Shown here: positions 10,604 through 23,166 of the stretch, one piece after another
Position numbering within the stretch: the first letter of the stretch is position 1
Layout: every line of letters begins with the position of its first letter
Source: Octopus sinensis
Taxonomy: Eukaryota
Reading direction: 5' to 3'
NCBI RefSeq assembly: GCF_006345805.1
Contig: NC_043004.1
Span: 58,404,001 to 58,468,000 of the forward strand
DNA length: 64,000 nt
The notes under the pieces: generated by a model
Seen by the model: the letters and a program-made list of their open reading frames with translations, nothing else
Database searches by the model: none
What the model was told of the DNA's origin: nothing
Position numbers and translations under genes: made by a program

Positions 10604-11680
10604 GTCTTGGCCATTGTGTCCATTCTCTTCATTGTCCTGTCTACCGTGGCGCTAACATTAAACACAATTCCTGGGCTCAAAGGTGAAGGAGAGCAGGAAG
10701 GGGCTGATAACCCACAGCTTGCAATTGTAGAAGCTGTTTGCATTGGATGGTTTACCTTGGAATATCTGGGACGATTCTGGGCCTCCCCGAATAAGTGGAA
10801 ATTTTTCAAAGGACCTTTGAACATTATAGACCTATTGGCAATCATGCCTTATTTCATTTCCCTAGGATTGACTGAGACCAACAAGAGTACGACGGAACAG
10901 TTCCAAAATGTCCGCAGAGTGGTGCAAATCTTTCGAATAATGAGAATTCTGCGAATTCTAAAACTTGCAAGACATTCAACTGGTCTGCAATCCTTAGGGT
11001 ACACTTTACAGAGAAGTTATAAAGAGCTAGGTCTATTAATGATGTTTTTGGCCATTGGAATACTCTTATTCTCAAGCCTTGCCTACTTTGCGGAAAAAGA
11101 CGAACCAGGAACTAAGTACGTTAGTATCCCCGAAACATTCTGGTGGGCTGCCATCACTATGACGACGGTAGGATATGGTGACATCTACCCGACGACGATC
11201 CTGGGAAAAGTTGTTGGTGGCGTATGTTGTATTTGTGGTGTGCTAGTTATTGCGCTTCCAATTCCAATCATTGTCAATAATTTCGCCGAATTTTATAAAG
11301 ATCAGATGAGAAGAGAAAAAGCATTGAAACGTAAGGAGGCTCTCGAGCGGGCGAAGAGGAATGGAAGCATAGTCTCCTTCCACTCCGTCAATCTGAGGGA
11401 TGCCTTCGCCAAAAGTGTCGACTTAATGGATGTTGCCTCCGAGGTTCCTAGAAACGACTGGGATACAAACAGTGTGGAGACGAAATCCATGAGTTCACCA
11501 CCGCCTTGTGTGATGCGGGGCTCAAACCCCAATACACCCAAGTTGAGTGGGCAAGGTGGAACAACAAACTTCAACTGCAAAGAGAATCAGGAAAATCCCA
11601 GCAACACCAACCTGTTGGATATAGATGAGGAGTCTTTGCATCGGATGACGACCCAAGCTTCAACTGATACTTCAATGCAG
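10604..11680 (+). CDS. Shab: Internal coding exon (359 codons, phase 0 at both ends) of a Shab/Kv2 (KCNB-type) voltage-gated potassium channel: S1-S6, pore and proximal C-terminus
   Basis: Translation [21 protein letters not shown] (S1)...[29 protein letters not shown] (S4)...[18 protein letters not shown] (pore)...[20 protein letters not shown] (S6 with the Kv2-type PIP)...[23 protein letters not shown] (Kv2 proximal C-terminus). Bounded by ttttcag (10601-10603 = CAG) and GTGAGT (11681). The N-terminal T1 exon(s) and distal C-terminal exon(s) were not found in the window. Confidence 0.97.
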
Positions 11681-11686
11681 GTGAGT
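11681..11686 (+). promoter_or_regulatory. 5' splice donor of the Kv2 exon
   Basis: CAG|GTGAGT, a perfect consensus; the sequence turns AT/pyrimidine-rich immediately afterwards. Confidence 0.85.
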
Positions 11687-11919
11687 GCTTTCAAACTGTT
11701 TCATTTTCTTTGACATTTAATTAACAGAATCAGTATAATATGTAAAATCTTTAAACTTTTACCTAAATATATTTATAGAAATTGTTATAAAATGTTTTCT
11801 ATGTTACTTAAACTGGGATTTCTTTCTTTAATTTCCTTTTTATCTTTATATTTGCTTTTGCTTTCAAGCTTTCTCTTCTACCCTCTATCTTTCATTCTAA
11901 ATCCCTTTTTCTGTCTGTA

Positions 11920-11966
<47 letters not shown>

Positions 11967-12624
11967 TTCATGCTTCTGCTTCTTTTACTCAAAATTTTTC
12001 AATCTTTTGCTCCCTTTCACAATATTTTCCTCCACTTCCTTACATTCTCAGCATTTCAGTTTTTCATTCACCATCAACTAATTAAAAATATTTCTTCTAA
12101 TTCATAATGCTTTATATCTGCATTTGTGAAAACTGAAAAATGGATCAAATTTGCAAAATGATTTATTAACATTTCTTATTTAACTTTTCCATAAAAATTA
12201 CTTGCATTGCTTTCAGGATAATTCAATATGTATATACTAACACTAATTTATTTTAAAAATTGATTTAAATATACTTACATATATAGTTTTGTCAACAATG
12301 ATTGAGTACATTCCAATTTTTTCTACACCAATGATGCATGCATATACTTCTTTCTCCTTCTTTCCTCTTTCTCTATCTATACCAAATATGAAGCTAACTG
12401 TTTATCTCTGCCTAATCAGTAGATCTGCCTGTCTAGCAAACTATCTGTTTCTCTCTCTATTCTCTCTATGTATCAGTTCTTGTTTTTTTTTTGCCTATTT
12501 ATCTTTCTATTTATCTGCCTACCTATCCTGATATACACCAATCAACTAACCTAAAAATAGACCAATCACCTAACTACATAAACCACAAAAACACACAGAC
12601 ACCCTCGTAGACAGACACTTGTTG

Positions 12625-12775
12625 ATATATATATATATTATATATATATAATATGTAGATATTATATATATATATAATATATATATTATATATATATATG
12701 TATAGATATTATATATATATATATATAATATGTATATATTATATATATATATAGTGTATAGGTATTCTATATATA

Positions 12776-12813
<38 letters not shown>

Positions 12814-12822
12814 TATGGATAT

Positions 12823-12853
<31 letters not shown>

Positions 12854-12963
12854 TTATATATATATATATATATAATATATATAGAGATATTATATATATA
12901 TATATATAATATATATATATAGATATTATATATATATATTATATATATAATATATATAGATAC

Positions 12964-13007
<44 letters not shown>

Positions 13008-13512
13008 TATTATATATAATATATATATATCTTTATATATAAAATTGAAGTTATGTGTGTGAGACTCTGTCTCCTCCGATTTAGATTCCTAACTATTCCC
13101 ACATTTTGCGGTGCAGTTTAACCAAAACCAGGTATCTTATAGTCGTCATTCATATCGACCCATCCTGGGTATTAGTGTACATCTACGATGAGTCTACAAT
13201 TTTAAAAAGAAAAATTTACCATCATTTTTCCGCATTTTTAATGATTTTTGCTCAGGTTATATAAGGGATGTAACTCTCTAAAAATGCTTATATAGTTATT
13301 TCCTTTACAAACCCGAGCAACGCCGGGCGATACTGCTAGTATATATATATAGATATTATATAGATATATATATATATTATAGATATATATAGATATTATA
13401 TAGAATATTATATAGTATATAGATATATATATATATATAATATATATAGATATTATATATATAATAAATATATATAGATATTATATATATATATATAGAT
13501 AATATATATATA

Positions 13513-13566
<54 letters not shown>

Positions 13567-14355
13567 ATTATATAGATATAATATATATATAATATATATA
13601 TTATATATTAAATATTTTATATATATTATATATTATTATATATTATAAATATTTTATATATATATATATATTATATATATTAAATATTTTATATATATAT
13701 ATATATTATATATATATATATAATAAATATATTTTATATAGATATTATAAAATATTATATATATATATATTATATATATATATATAATAAATATATTTTA
13801 TATATATATTATAAATATATTATATATACATATATATATAATAAATATATTATATATCCATATATATATAATAATATATTATTATATATATGTATTATAT
13901 ATACATTATATATATAATAAATATATTATATATACATATATATATAATAAATATATTATATATACATATATATAATAAATATATATTAATACATACATAT
14001 ATAAATATATTAATATATATATATTATATACGTATAAATAATAAATATATTATATATATATATATTATATACGTATATATAATAAATATTATATATATAT
14101 AAGATATACATATATATAATAAATATATTATATATATATATGTAGATATATATGTACATATATATATATGTATATATATATACATATATATATGTATGTA
14201 TATGTATGTATATATATATGTATATATATGTATATATATATGTATATATATACAACCCATGCTAGCATGGAAAATGGACGCTAAACGATGATGTATATAT
14301 ATGTATATATATATATATATGTATATATATGTATATTTAGATAAATATATATACA
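12625..14355. repeat. Very long imperfect (TA)n arrays (12625-13030 and 13340-14355) flanking the Helentron-like element
   Basis: Direct inspection. Confidence 0.95.
13028..13340 (-). mobile_element. Non-autonomous Helitron/Helentron-like element (HINE/Lep1-like ends)
   Basis: Minus strand starts actagcagtatcgcccggcgttgctcggg (hairpin) and ends ...ttttatatataaagat; second copy at 48020-48322. Confidence 0.6.
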
Positions 14356-14419
14356 TATGTACTTGTGTGTGTGTATATTATATGAGGTAGTTTTGGTGAA
14401 GCGTTGTGTGGTATAACTT

Positions 14420-14658
14420 TAAAGAATGTAGATATGTAAGGCTGGAACAATGCAAGAAAGTACAAAGTAAACTACAAAATGAAAAGAAAACAGAACAAAG
14501 TTGCAGTTTTACCTTGAATTTCTATATTTCGAGGTGAAAAGCCCTTCTTCAGGAAGAAATTCAAGATAAAACTGCAACTTAGTTCTGTTTACTTTTCATT
14601 TTGTAGTTTTCTTTGTACCTTCTCACATTGTTCTGGCTTTACACATCTACAGTCTTTA
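14420..14658. repeat. Fold-back inverted repeat (~105-bp arms)
   Basis: actacaaaatgaaaag...gttgcagttttaccttgaatttct versus agaaattcaagataaaactgcaac...cttttcattttgtagt. Confidence 0.85.
14520..14555 (-). ncRNA. Degenerate minimal hammerhead motif in the loop of a fold-back repeat
   Basis: Minus strand: UUC-CUGAAGA-AGGGCUUUUCACCUC-GAAA-UA-UA-GAA; stem II imperfect. Confidence 0.4.
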
Positions 14659-17422
14659 ATATATAAGTCATCTTAGGTTATTTCATATTAATTATAGTAT
14701 TAATGCTGAAAAACCAAAACAATTCTGTATAAATTTTTAATTTAAAGGGGAAACAAAATAGTTAGCTTTGATAAATGGTGGTTATCTTTCTTCAAGGAGA
14801 GAAATATAACAAGGATGGAAAAGAAGAAAATTGGTGTATGAAAGAAAAACCATGTTGATAAATGAAAACAGGGGAAGTTAGGAAAGGAAAGAGTAAAGAA
14901 AGACTGAATAGCAATTTCTTGCATCTATGCATTTTATGGGGTTCTTGTTAGATGAAGGTAGCATTTTCCAGATGTGTAATAGGTACTGTGAAAGTGTCTG
15001 GTCCTCAAAATCCTTAAAAAATAAAACCTCTCTTTGCATACCAGATCAGAGGTGTTGGGGATATACAGATACTTTGAAAAGTATCTATTGTGCAACTGTA
15101 AAGAATCACTTTTATCTGAAAAACCCACACATATTCATGGATAACTGATAATGCTTCATCTGAAACTTTCTTTGCTCTTTACTCTTCCAGCATTTCTCCT
15201 TTTATCCTTTGCCGTATCATTATTATTATTCCTTCATGCATCTATTTCCCCCTTTTTCACATTCCTATTAAATCCCATAACTTATGATGGGTGTCAACTT
15301 CTCTTAATTACATTCAATTACTTTTCACCTTCAACGCTTTTTCTCTCCAAAGGCTTCAATACCACAAATAAGAAAGAATAACTTAACATTTCCTTTGGGT
15401 GAGTTATTCACCTTGATGAAAGCATAAATATGAACAAAAAATGATTTAAATACTTAGATATTTTTTGGTAGAGGTAAACAAAACCTGAAAATTGAAAGCA
15501 TGAAACTAATGGTAGCCTATACAATGAGTTAACCTGTATTACTTTATAAATATAAGTATACTACTCTACATCTTTGTTCTGAGGCTATATATATTTTTTA
15601 CATTTTCATATTATTTATCAAGAATGATATATATACATATGCATACACATATTTGTATGCATATATATATATATATTAGAAGAAATGATGTACTCAGAGA
15701 ATCGGATGGTTTATACTTACAGATATTTATTTGTATATTACATTTTTTATATATATATCATATCACTTTGATCATTAGCGCTTTCTCCCATTTTAGTGGG
15801 GTTTTCAAATCAAACTAAGTTCCTGTGTCAGGAGTTTTGACCATTTTATAGAGTTTGTAGTGGTGGGGTGGAATATAAGACAGTACTAGAGGGTGATGGA
15901 TGAGGAGAAAGTGAGAGAGAGAACGTGTGTATGTGTGTGTGCGTGTGTGTGTGTGTTTTTGTATCTGGGATGAGTGCTAAAGAAAAAGAGGGGAAGGGAG
16001 AGGGAAGAAGAAGAAAAAAAGAATTTTTTTTGGTCTGCTGGACAGAATATTGACTCCAAGAGGGTTGTAAGGCCTTGGGCAGTAGTAGCATAAGAATAAG
16101 TAGGAAAAGAATAAAGTCAGGTAGAATAACCTAAAATGAAATTAGGATATGTCAATGAGGGTAATTGATGGAAACATCTGGGGATAGCAGAAAGAAAACA
16201 TGAAGGTTAAAAATAGAAAAGTAAGAAAATAAAAAAAAGTGAACTTTTAGAATAGAAGTGTTAAGAGGTAAATAATTAGAGAAATCTAAGTATGAGTGTT
16301 AAATAGAAGGAAGAAAAAGGTATTATATCGATTGACTGGTAAATTCTTGATGTGAATGAATAGGTGTAATAGATTAATATGTGTGATAAGAGCCCTCAGC
16401 CAGTATCTGAGGGGTATGGGTTCAAGTCCTGCAGCCATTCACTGGCAACTTTTTCCTGTTTTTTAAGGGTAAAACACCCAATCTTTCTGTTGTCTACATG
16501 GCTATACATGTTGGAAATCTACTTTCTTCTCTGTAAAGATTAATATGTATTTATTTTGCTTTCTAAGGTTAGATTTTTAATTTTAGTTTTAAATGTAATG
16601 GAATAATGTTAGGTCTTTTTATTAGTATTGTAGCTGAAAAGGATTTAACAGAACCTACAAAATAAATCATAAAGAATTTTATGAATTTTAAGTTGACGCT
16701 ATGAACATTTGAATTTTTAGACTCGCAAATTTTATAGTCATCTAATTCAATTGATACTTGATACATTAAGCTATTTTCTTATTCTTCAAACTGGATTTTA
16801 GGTGATGTCATGAATTACGCTTGGTTTTTGGCATCGAATTTAAGTTTAAATTATATATGGTTAAGTTGGTTTACATTAGAAGATGCATAGACAAATGGAT
16901 TTTGAATGTAAAGTTAACTTTGGAAAGTTATTTATTCACAATATATTTAAGTTAATTGTTTCAAGTATTAGTTGTAGATATAGGTAAGACTTTTGTTTAT
17001 GCATTCACAGGAAATTGTATTTATGTCAGGGACTTAAACTCCAGTATAAGATGTAAAATATAATATAATGTAATAGGAAAATATCATATGATATAGTGAT
17101 ATATCATATAACATATATACTATTATAGAATATATGTACAACAAACGTGTCTTAATATGTTTCATTGTAGCATAGAATGCATGTCAGTAGCTGAGTATTC
17201 CACAGACATGTATACCCTGGACATAGTTCTCAGGTAGAATCAGCATGATATACTGTGTGATAAGGGTATACTTTTGAATAGAGATACAATCACCCAACAA
17301 GCTACTACATGACTGTGAATTGAGCTTTATAACCATTCAACCACATCATGTCCATATCAATAAAAGCATATGCACACTCAGAAAGATATACATAAATATT
17401 TATGTGTGTGTGTGTATGCATG

Positions 17423-17469
<47 letters not shown>

Positions 17470-17506
17470 GAATGGAGTTGAACGACGAATTAACAAAATT
17501 CCTTTA

Positions 17507-17589
17507 TTTTCGACATATGTTTCGAAGGCTGCATATTCCTAATTGCGAAGGAATAAGGGGTGCATTATGCCGCTTTCTCATCAGGAAAA
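17507..17589 (-). ncRNA. Type I hammerhead ribozyme motif (Penelope-like element type), core intact
   Basis: Minus strand: UUUUC-CUGAUGA-GAA...(extended stem II)...UUC-GAAA-CAUAUG-UC-GAAAA; stem I UUUUC/GAAAA; palindromic stem III; GUC cleavage triplet. Confidence 0.75.
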
Positions 17590-18280
17590 GCAAGGAACTT
17601 ATGTCAACATCAAGATGCACAAAAAACTTTTAGATGACTGCCCACACGGAGCCCATAGTGAAAAAAAAAAAAAATTAATCCATAACAAGATAATTCATTC
17701 AACTACTCATATATATATATATATATATATATATTCATGTAATATATATATGTATGTGTATTTATATATATATATATTTACACCAATGGATACTCCTAAA
17801 CCAGATGTTCAGTATCTCATCCATGAGGGACTGATGTTAGATGGGTTGAAACAATTGTAGTGATCAATGAACATTCTCCTCGTATCTTCCATCTTCTATC
17901 TCTCTCATTAATTAAATATGTATGTATACATATTATTGTATTTCAAGACAGTCTTGTTTTTTTGTTTTTTTTTGCCAAATAAACACACACACTATATATC
18001 CATATATTTGTTCTTCACTCATTTATTACTGTTCTTTTATTTTTCTTTTTAACTCATGTCCATTGTCTGGAAATCTTTCGTCACTCATCTGTGACCTCTT
18101 CAGCAACACGTTTCGTTCTTGTGTGTGCTCTTGTTCCACTTATTCTATTCTGTTCTTCTTAGAGTTCATGTGTTTATTTGGCAAAAACAAAAAAAAAACA
18201 TCCCAAAATACAACAATATCTGTTTCAACATACCATTTTAAATCAGGGATCTTGCAGCTCAAATTGATAAACATATATAT

Positions 18281-18317
<37 letters not shown>

Positions 18318-18775
18318 ACATGTTTGCATATGCATATATATATCTATATTATGTATGTAAATATATGTGTATGCATACGCACACACACATATATATAATG
18401 CATGTACATATGTGTGTGTGCGTGTTTGTGTGTGTTTGCATGTGTGTGTATGTGTGCGTGTCAAGGGCACATGGCTTAGTGATTAGAATGTTAACCCATG
18501 ATTACAAGGTCGTGGTTTCAATGCCTGCACCAGGTGATGTGCTGTGTTCTTGTGCAAAACGCTTCATCTCATGTTATTCTATGATTACTTTGACACCTGA
18601 TATGTGGTACACCATGTGCCTGATCAATCAGTGTCGATTTGATGGAGAGATTAAGCTAATGTACAGCACATTACAGTTGATCACTATAAACGAATAATCT
18701 GTGTGGTAGTTCAACAAGAAATTGCAGAACCATCTTTCTCAGACTATGACAGACTACAATCATATCTGTGTCTGA

Positions 18776-19165
18776 AGTGGAGGTGCAATGGCCCAGTGGT
18801 TAGGGCAGCAGAATCGCGGTCATAGGATGCGGTTTCGATTCCCAGACCGGGCGTTGTGAGTGTTTATTGAGCGAAAACACCTAAAAAGCTCCACGAGGCT
18901 CCGGCAGGGGATGGTGGTGATCCCTGCTGTACTCTTTCACCACAGCTTTCTCTCACTCTTACTTCCTGTTTCTGTTGTACCTGTATTTCAAGGGGCTGGC
19001 CTTGTCACTCTCTGTGTCAAGCTGAATATCCCCGAGAACTACGTTAAGGGTGCATGTGTCTGTGGAGTGCTCAGCTACTTACACGTTAATTTCACGAGCA
19101 GGCTGTTCCGTTGATTCGGATCAACCGGAACCCTCATCGTCGTAACCGATGGAGTGCTTCCATCC
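18776..19165 (+). mobile_element. tRNA-derived SINE, family A, with 12-bp target-site duplication
   Basis: TSD atctgtgtctga at 18764-18775 and 19166-19177. Confidence 0.9.
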
Positions 19166-19645
19166 ATCTGTGTCTGAGAGAGAGAGAGAGAGATTTGTGT
19201 AAGCATATATTGAGATTGGTCGGGCAGTTCAAATGGAGTTGGCAAGTCAGTGCACTGCTCCAAGCTTGGTGTAGTGCTTTGCACTTATAAGGCTTTTTGG
19301 CCCATTGCTGTAGTCCAGTACACTTGCTAAAGGTGCTACCCATTAAGACAGAAACCTGAGAAGTGAGCTTCTTAACCATACAGCCATGTTTGTGCCTACA
19401 CACACACATACACACATATGCCCACAGAGGTATGTGTGTAGACAAAAGAAACAAAAATGTATTGTGTATATTCTATTTTCCTAGAGAAGCAATTAACACA
19501 AACATCCACTAATGGGATTATTATTGGCAAGTAAATCACGTGTATAATCATTCAGGTATTCAATATATCAATATTACTTTTGTCAACACTTCCACATATA
19601 TCTGTGTGTGTAAGTGTGTATGTGTGTAGGTGTGTATGTGTGTAG

Positions 19646-19685
<40 letters not shown>

Positions 19686-19704
19686 TACTGCTCCATGATA
19701 TCTA

Positions 19705-19750
<46 letters not shown>

Positions 19751-19888
19751 TATATGTATATATATACACACACACACAATGTGTGTATATATATATATAT
19801 ATACACACCCATATGTATATATATATACACACACACATGTATATATATATATACACACACACACAATGTATATATATATATTTATATC

Positions 19889-19923
<35 letters not shown>

Positions 19924-20815
19924 TGACAGACTGCTCTACTTCTTAGAGTATGCTTCTTCTCCGAATTTATGTTTTTCTAAAAAACGGTGTGTGTGTGTGT
20001 GCGTGCGTGTGTGCGTGTGTGTGTGTGTGTGTGTGACGATTTATACATAATATAGACAGAAACATGAAAGGGGACAACAAGGATTTCAAAACTTTAATAC
20101 CGGATTATCGTTAGTGAACATGGGATTGGTACGTAAATAAACGTTGCCTTCACATCTTTCCTGGACTACCAACGCTTAGTTTACATTTCCCGTACTCAAA
20201 TACTATGTTGTGTAAATTACTTTGTATTGGAATCCCATTTATGTCGTAACTTCTTTTGTTGAGTACTGTTTTTTTTATGCACCAATAAAGATATGTACAC
20301 TTCATATTATATAATATAAAATATACACATATGCATCTGTGTATGTGTATGAGTGTGTAGTTTTATATATGCGTGTATGAGTATATGCATATGCATGTAT
20401 ATGAATATATATATACATACAAACGTATATATATATATAAATATATATATCTTTATGTATGCATATATATGAATATGGATATATATAGATGTGTGTGTGT
20501 GTATCGATATGTATATATATTTATATACACACACACACATGGGTCTGTGAATGTATGTATGTAAGTAGGTATGAGTATATGGGAAAACATGTGAAATATA
20601 TGTACTGGTGAATATTTGTGGACATTTTTTGAAGAATTTCAAACTAATGATTGGTTAAAATATTTCATTCTCTACTTAATGGACTCAACATACCCATTTA
20701 TTAATACTAAAGCATCATTTGTATTAGTCATTTTCCTTCTCTTGAGGGTGTTTTACACATATGATACTGAAGACATAAAAATATCTGGATATTTTAATGT
20801 GGATAGGTGAATATA

Positions 20816-20848
<33 letters not shown>

Positions 20849-20852
20849 ATCC

Positions 20853-21640
20853 CTAGCAGTTGAGGGAACCCGTGGAAGAGGTAGACCCAGGAAAACCTGG
20901 GACGAAATGGTGAAGCACGACCTTCGGACGTTAGGTCTCACCATGGAAATGACTAGAGACCGAGACCTATGGAAGTATGCTGTGCGTGAGAAGACCCGGC
21001 AAGACTAGTGAAGCCATAATCCGTGGCCCCTACCTGGGACGTAGTCAGTCCACCTGTGCATACCTTCCTTCTTGTGACACTTGTGAAGACCTGTTGAGGC
21101 AAGTGAGAATCGAATCGAATCAAATCAAATCAAATCGAACCAAATCAAAATAGATGAACATCAATGGAATTTGTATCCTTGTGGTACCAGTGCCGGTGGC
21201 ACATAAGAAAACCATCCGAACGTGATCGTAGCCAGTACCGCAACGACTGGCCTCCGTGCTGAGGGCACATAACAAACACCATCTGAGCGTGGCCGTCCGC
21301 CAGCCCCGTCTGGCACCTGTGTCGGTGACACATAAGAAAACACCATCCGAGCGTGGCCGTCAGCCAGCCTCGTCTGGCACCTGTGTCGGTGGCACATAAA
21401 AAAAAAACACCATCCGAGCGTGGCCGTCTGCCAGCCTCGTCTGGCACCTGTGTCGGTGGCACATAAAATCACCCACTACACTCTCAGAGTGGTTGGCGTT
21501 AGGAAGGGCATCCAGCTGTAGAAACACTGCCAGATCTGACTGGCCTGGTGCAGCCTTCGGGCTTGCCAGACCCCAGTTGAACCGTCCAACCCATGCTAGC
21601 ATGGAAAGCGGACGTTAAACGATGATGATGATGATGATGA
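20853..21640 (+). mobile_element. 5'-truncated RTE-clade LINE: ORF C-terminus, 3' UTR and (GAT)n tail
   Basis: 20853-21008 reads LAVEGTRGRGRPRKTWDEMVKHDLRTLGLTMEMTRDRDLWKYAVREKTRQD*, the typical RTE C-terminal GRP..W..D..DR..W pattern; ends ctggatgcccttcctaacgcc (read on -) and (GAT)n. Confidence 0.85.
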
Positions 21641-21697
21641 TATATATATATATATATATATATGGGAATGGTTATATATATATATATATATATATAT

Positions 21698-21902
21698 ACC
21701 GGAGTAAACACATAAATGTGAAACAAGGTGGAAAAAAGAGTACTCAAATACCGGTGGTAGAGTAATATGCTTTATTTAAAGCAGCAGAAAATTCGACAAA
21801 ACCTGTTACTCTGAGTTTCACATTGCCGTTCATCGGACAATTTTTGCTACGTGAAACTCAGAGTAACAGGTTTTGTTGAATTTTCTGCTGCTTTAAATAA
21901 AG
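21698..21902. mobile_element. Penelope-like terminal fragment with an inverted duplication (arms 21770-21821 / 21851-21902)
   Basis: 52-bp near-perfect inverted repeat next to a hammerhead motif; the Penelope assignment is inference from that architecture. Confidence 0.55.
21803..21840 (-). ncRNA. Minimal hammerhead motif, U4C core variant
   Basis: Minus strand: UUGU-CCGAUGA-ACG(GCAA)UGU-GAAA-CUC(A)GAG-UA-ACAG. Confidence 0.55.
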
Positions 21903-21975
21903 TATATATATATATATACATATATTATATATGGGAATGGTTGTATATATATATATATATTATATATGGGAATGG

Positions 21976-22007
<32 letters not shown>

Positions 22008-22399
22008 TCGATGCTCAAATACAAGCATACACAACTTACACTCACACTCTCACTTACACACAGACATATATAGGACCAATGAATGCTTGATAAGCTATTT
22101 AGCATATCACTAAAATATTTTTACAGCTGTTCAAGGATATTCCTCAAACTTGTAATAAATGTTTTGCTATCCTTAGTCCTAATGGGAAGAAAAGAAATTG
22201 CATGAGAACAATAAGCCTGATTTAAAACAAAGTAAAGCTCCTTAGTATCATTTTTGTTGTATACCTTCTGGAGATCTTAGGCTCATTCACTCCATCACTT
22301 ACTTTTCATACGTTTTTTGTTTTGTTTTTTCTGAATCTCTGAGTTGTCAGTTTGAAACTGGGGCAGACAGTTCTTGTTTTGACAGAATTGTTTATATAA

Positions 22400-22784
22400 G
22401 TGGAGGTGCAATGGCCCAGTGGTTAGGGCAGCGGACTCGCGGTTGTAGGATCGCGGTTTTGATTCCCAGACCGGGCGTTGTGAGTGTTTATTGAGCGAAA
22501 ACACCTAAAAGCTCCACGAGGCTCCGGCAGGGATGGTGGTGATCCCTGCTGTACTCTTTCACCACAACTTTCTCTCACTCTTACTTCCTGATTCTGTTGT
22601 ACCTGTATTTCAAAGGGCCGGCCTTGTCACTCTCTGTGTCACGCTGGATATCCCCAAGAACTACGTTAAGGGTGCACGTGTCTGTAGAGTGCTCAGCCAC
22701 TTACACGTTAATTTCACGAGCAGGCTGTTCCGTTGATTTGGATCAACCGGAAGCCTCATCGTCGTAACCGACGGAGTGCATCCA
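22400..22784 (+). mobile_element. tRNA-derived SINE, family A, with 11-bp TSD
   Basis: TSD tgtttatataa at 22389-22399 and 22785-22795. Confidence 0.9.
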
Positions 22785-23166
22785 TGTTTATATAAATTAC
22801 TTTGCAAGTGGAATAAGCTTTGTATGTCCCCTAACTATTGTGAAGCCATTCTTGATTTTGGGCTTTGAAAGCTCCCATTAAAATTTTTGAAATTTGGTAA
22901 ACCTTGAGTTTGCATTCATCATATTTTAATTGTATCCTCCAAAGAATTAAAGCCTTATTGTAACTCCTACCTGGCAGAGCTTCCCTTTAACTTTGCCCCA
23001 TGAAGCTAATTTCGGTTTTATTTCAAACTTTAGTTCATACAAGATTATACTCATTGTCAAATACCGTGTGTTTTAAAACATGGACCTCTCTCTCATCATT
23101 CAGATATTTTCTTCTGCTTTTAATCAATTATGTACCAATTCTTGGTATACTGCTGCATCCAAGTTC

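Noticed and set aside
20034-20304. CpG-containing segment bounded by TG...CA with AATAAA near the end (possible solo LTR)
   Set aside because: No matching 4-6-bp TSD and no second copy in the window
21195-21466. Regularly spaced ~62-bp repeats resembling a CRISPR array
   Set aside because: Units are contiguous with no unique spacers, lie in an RTE 3' UTR in a eukaryotic genome, and there are no cas genes
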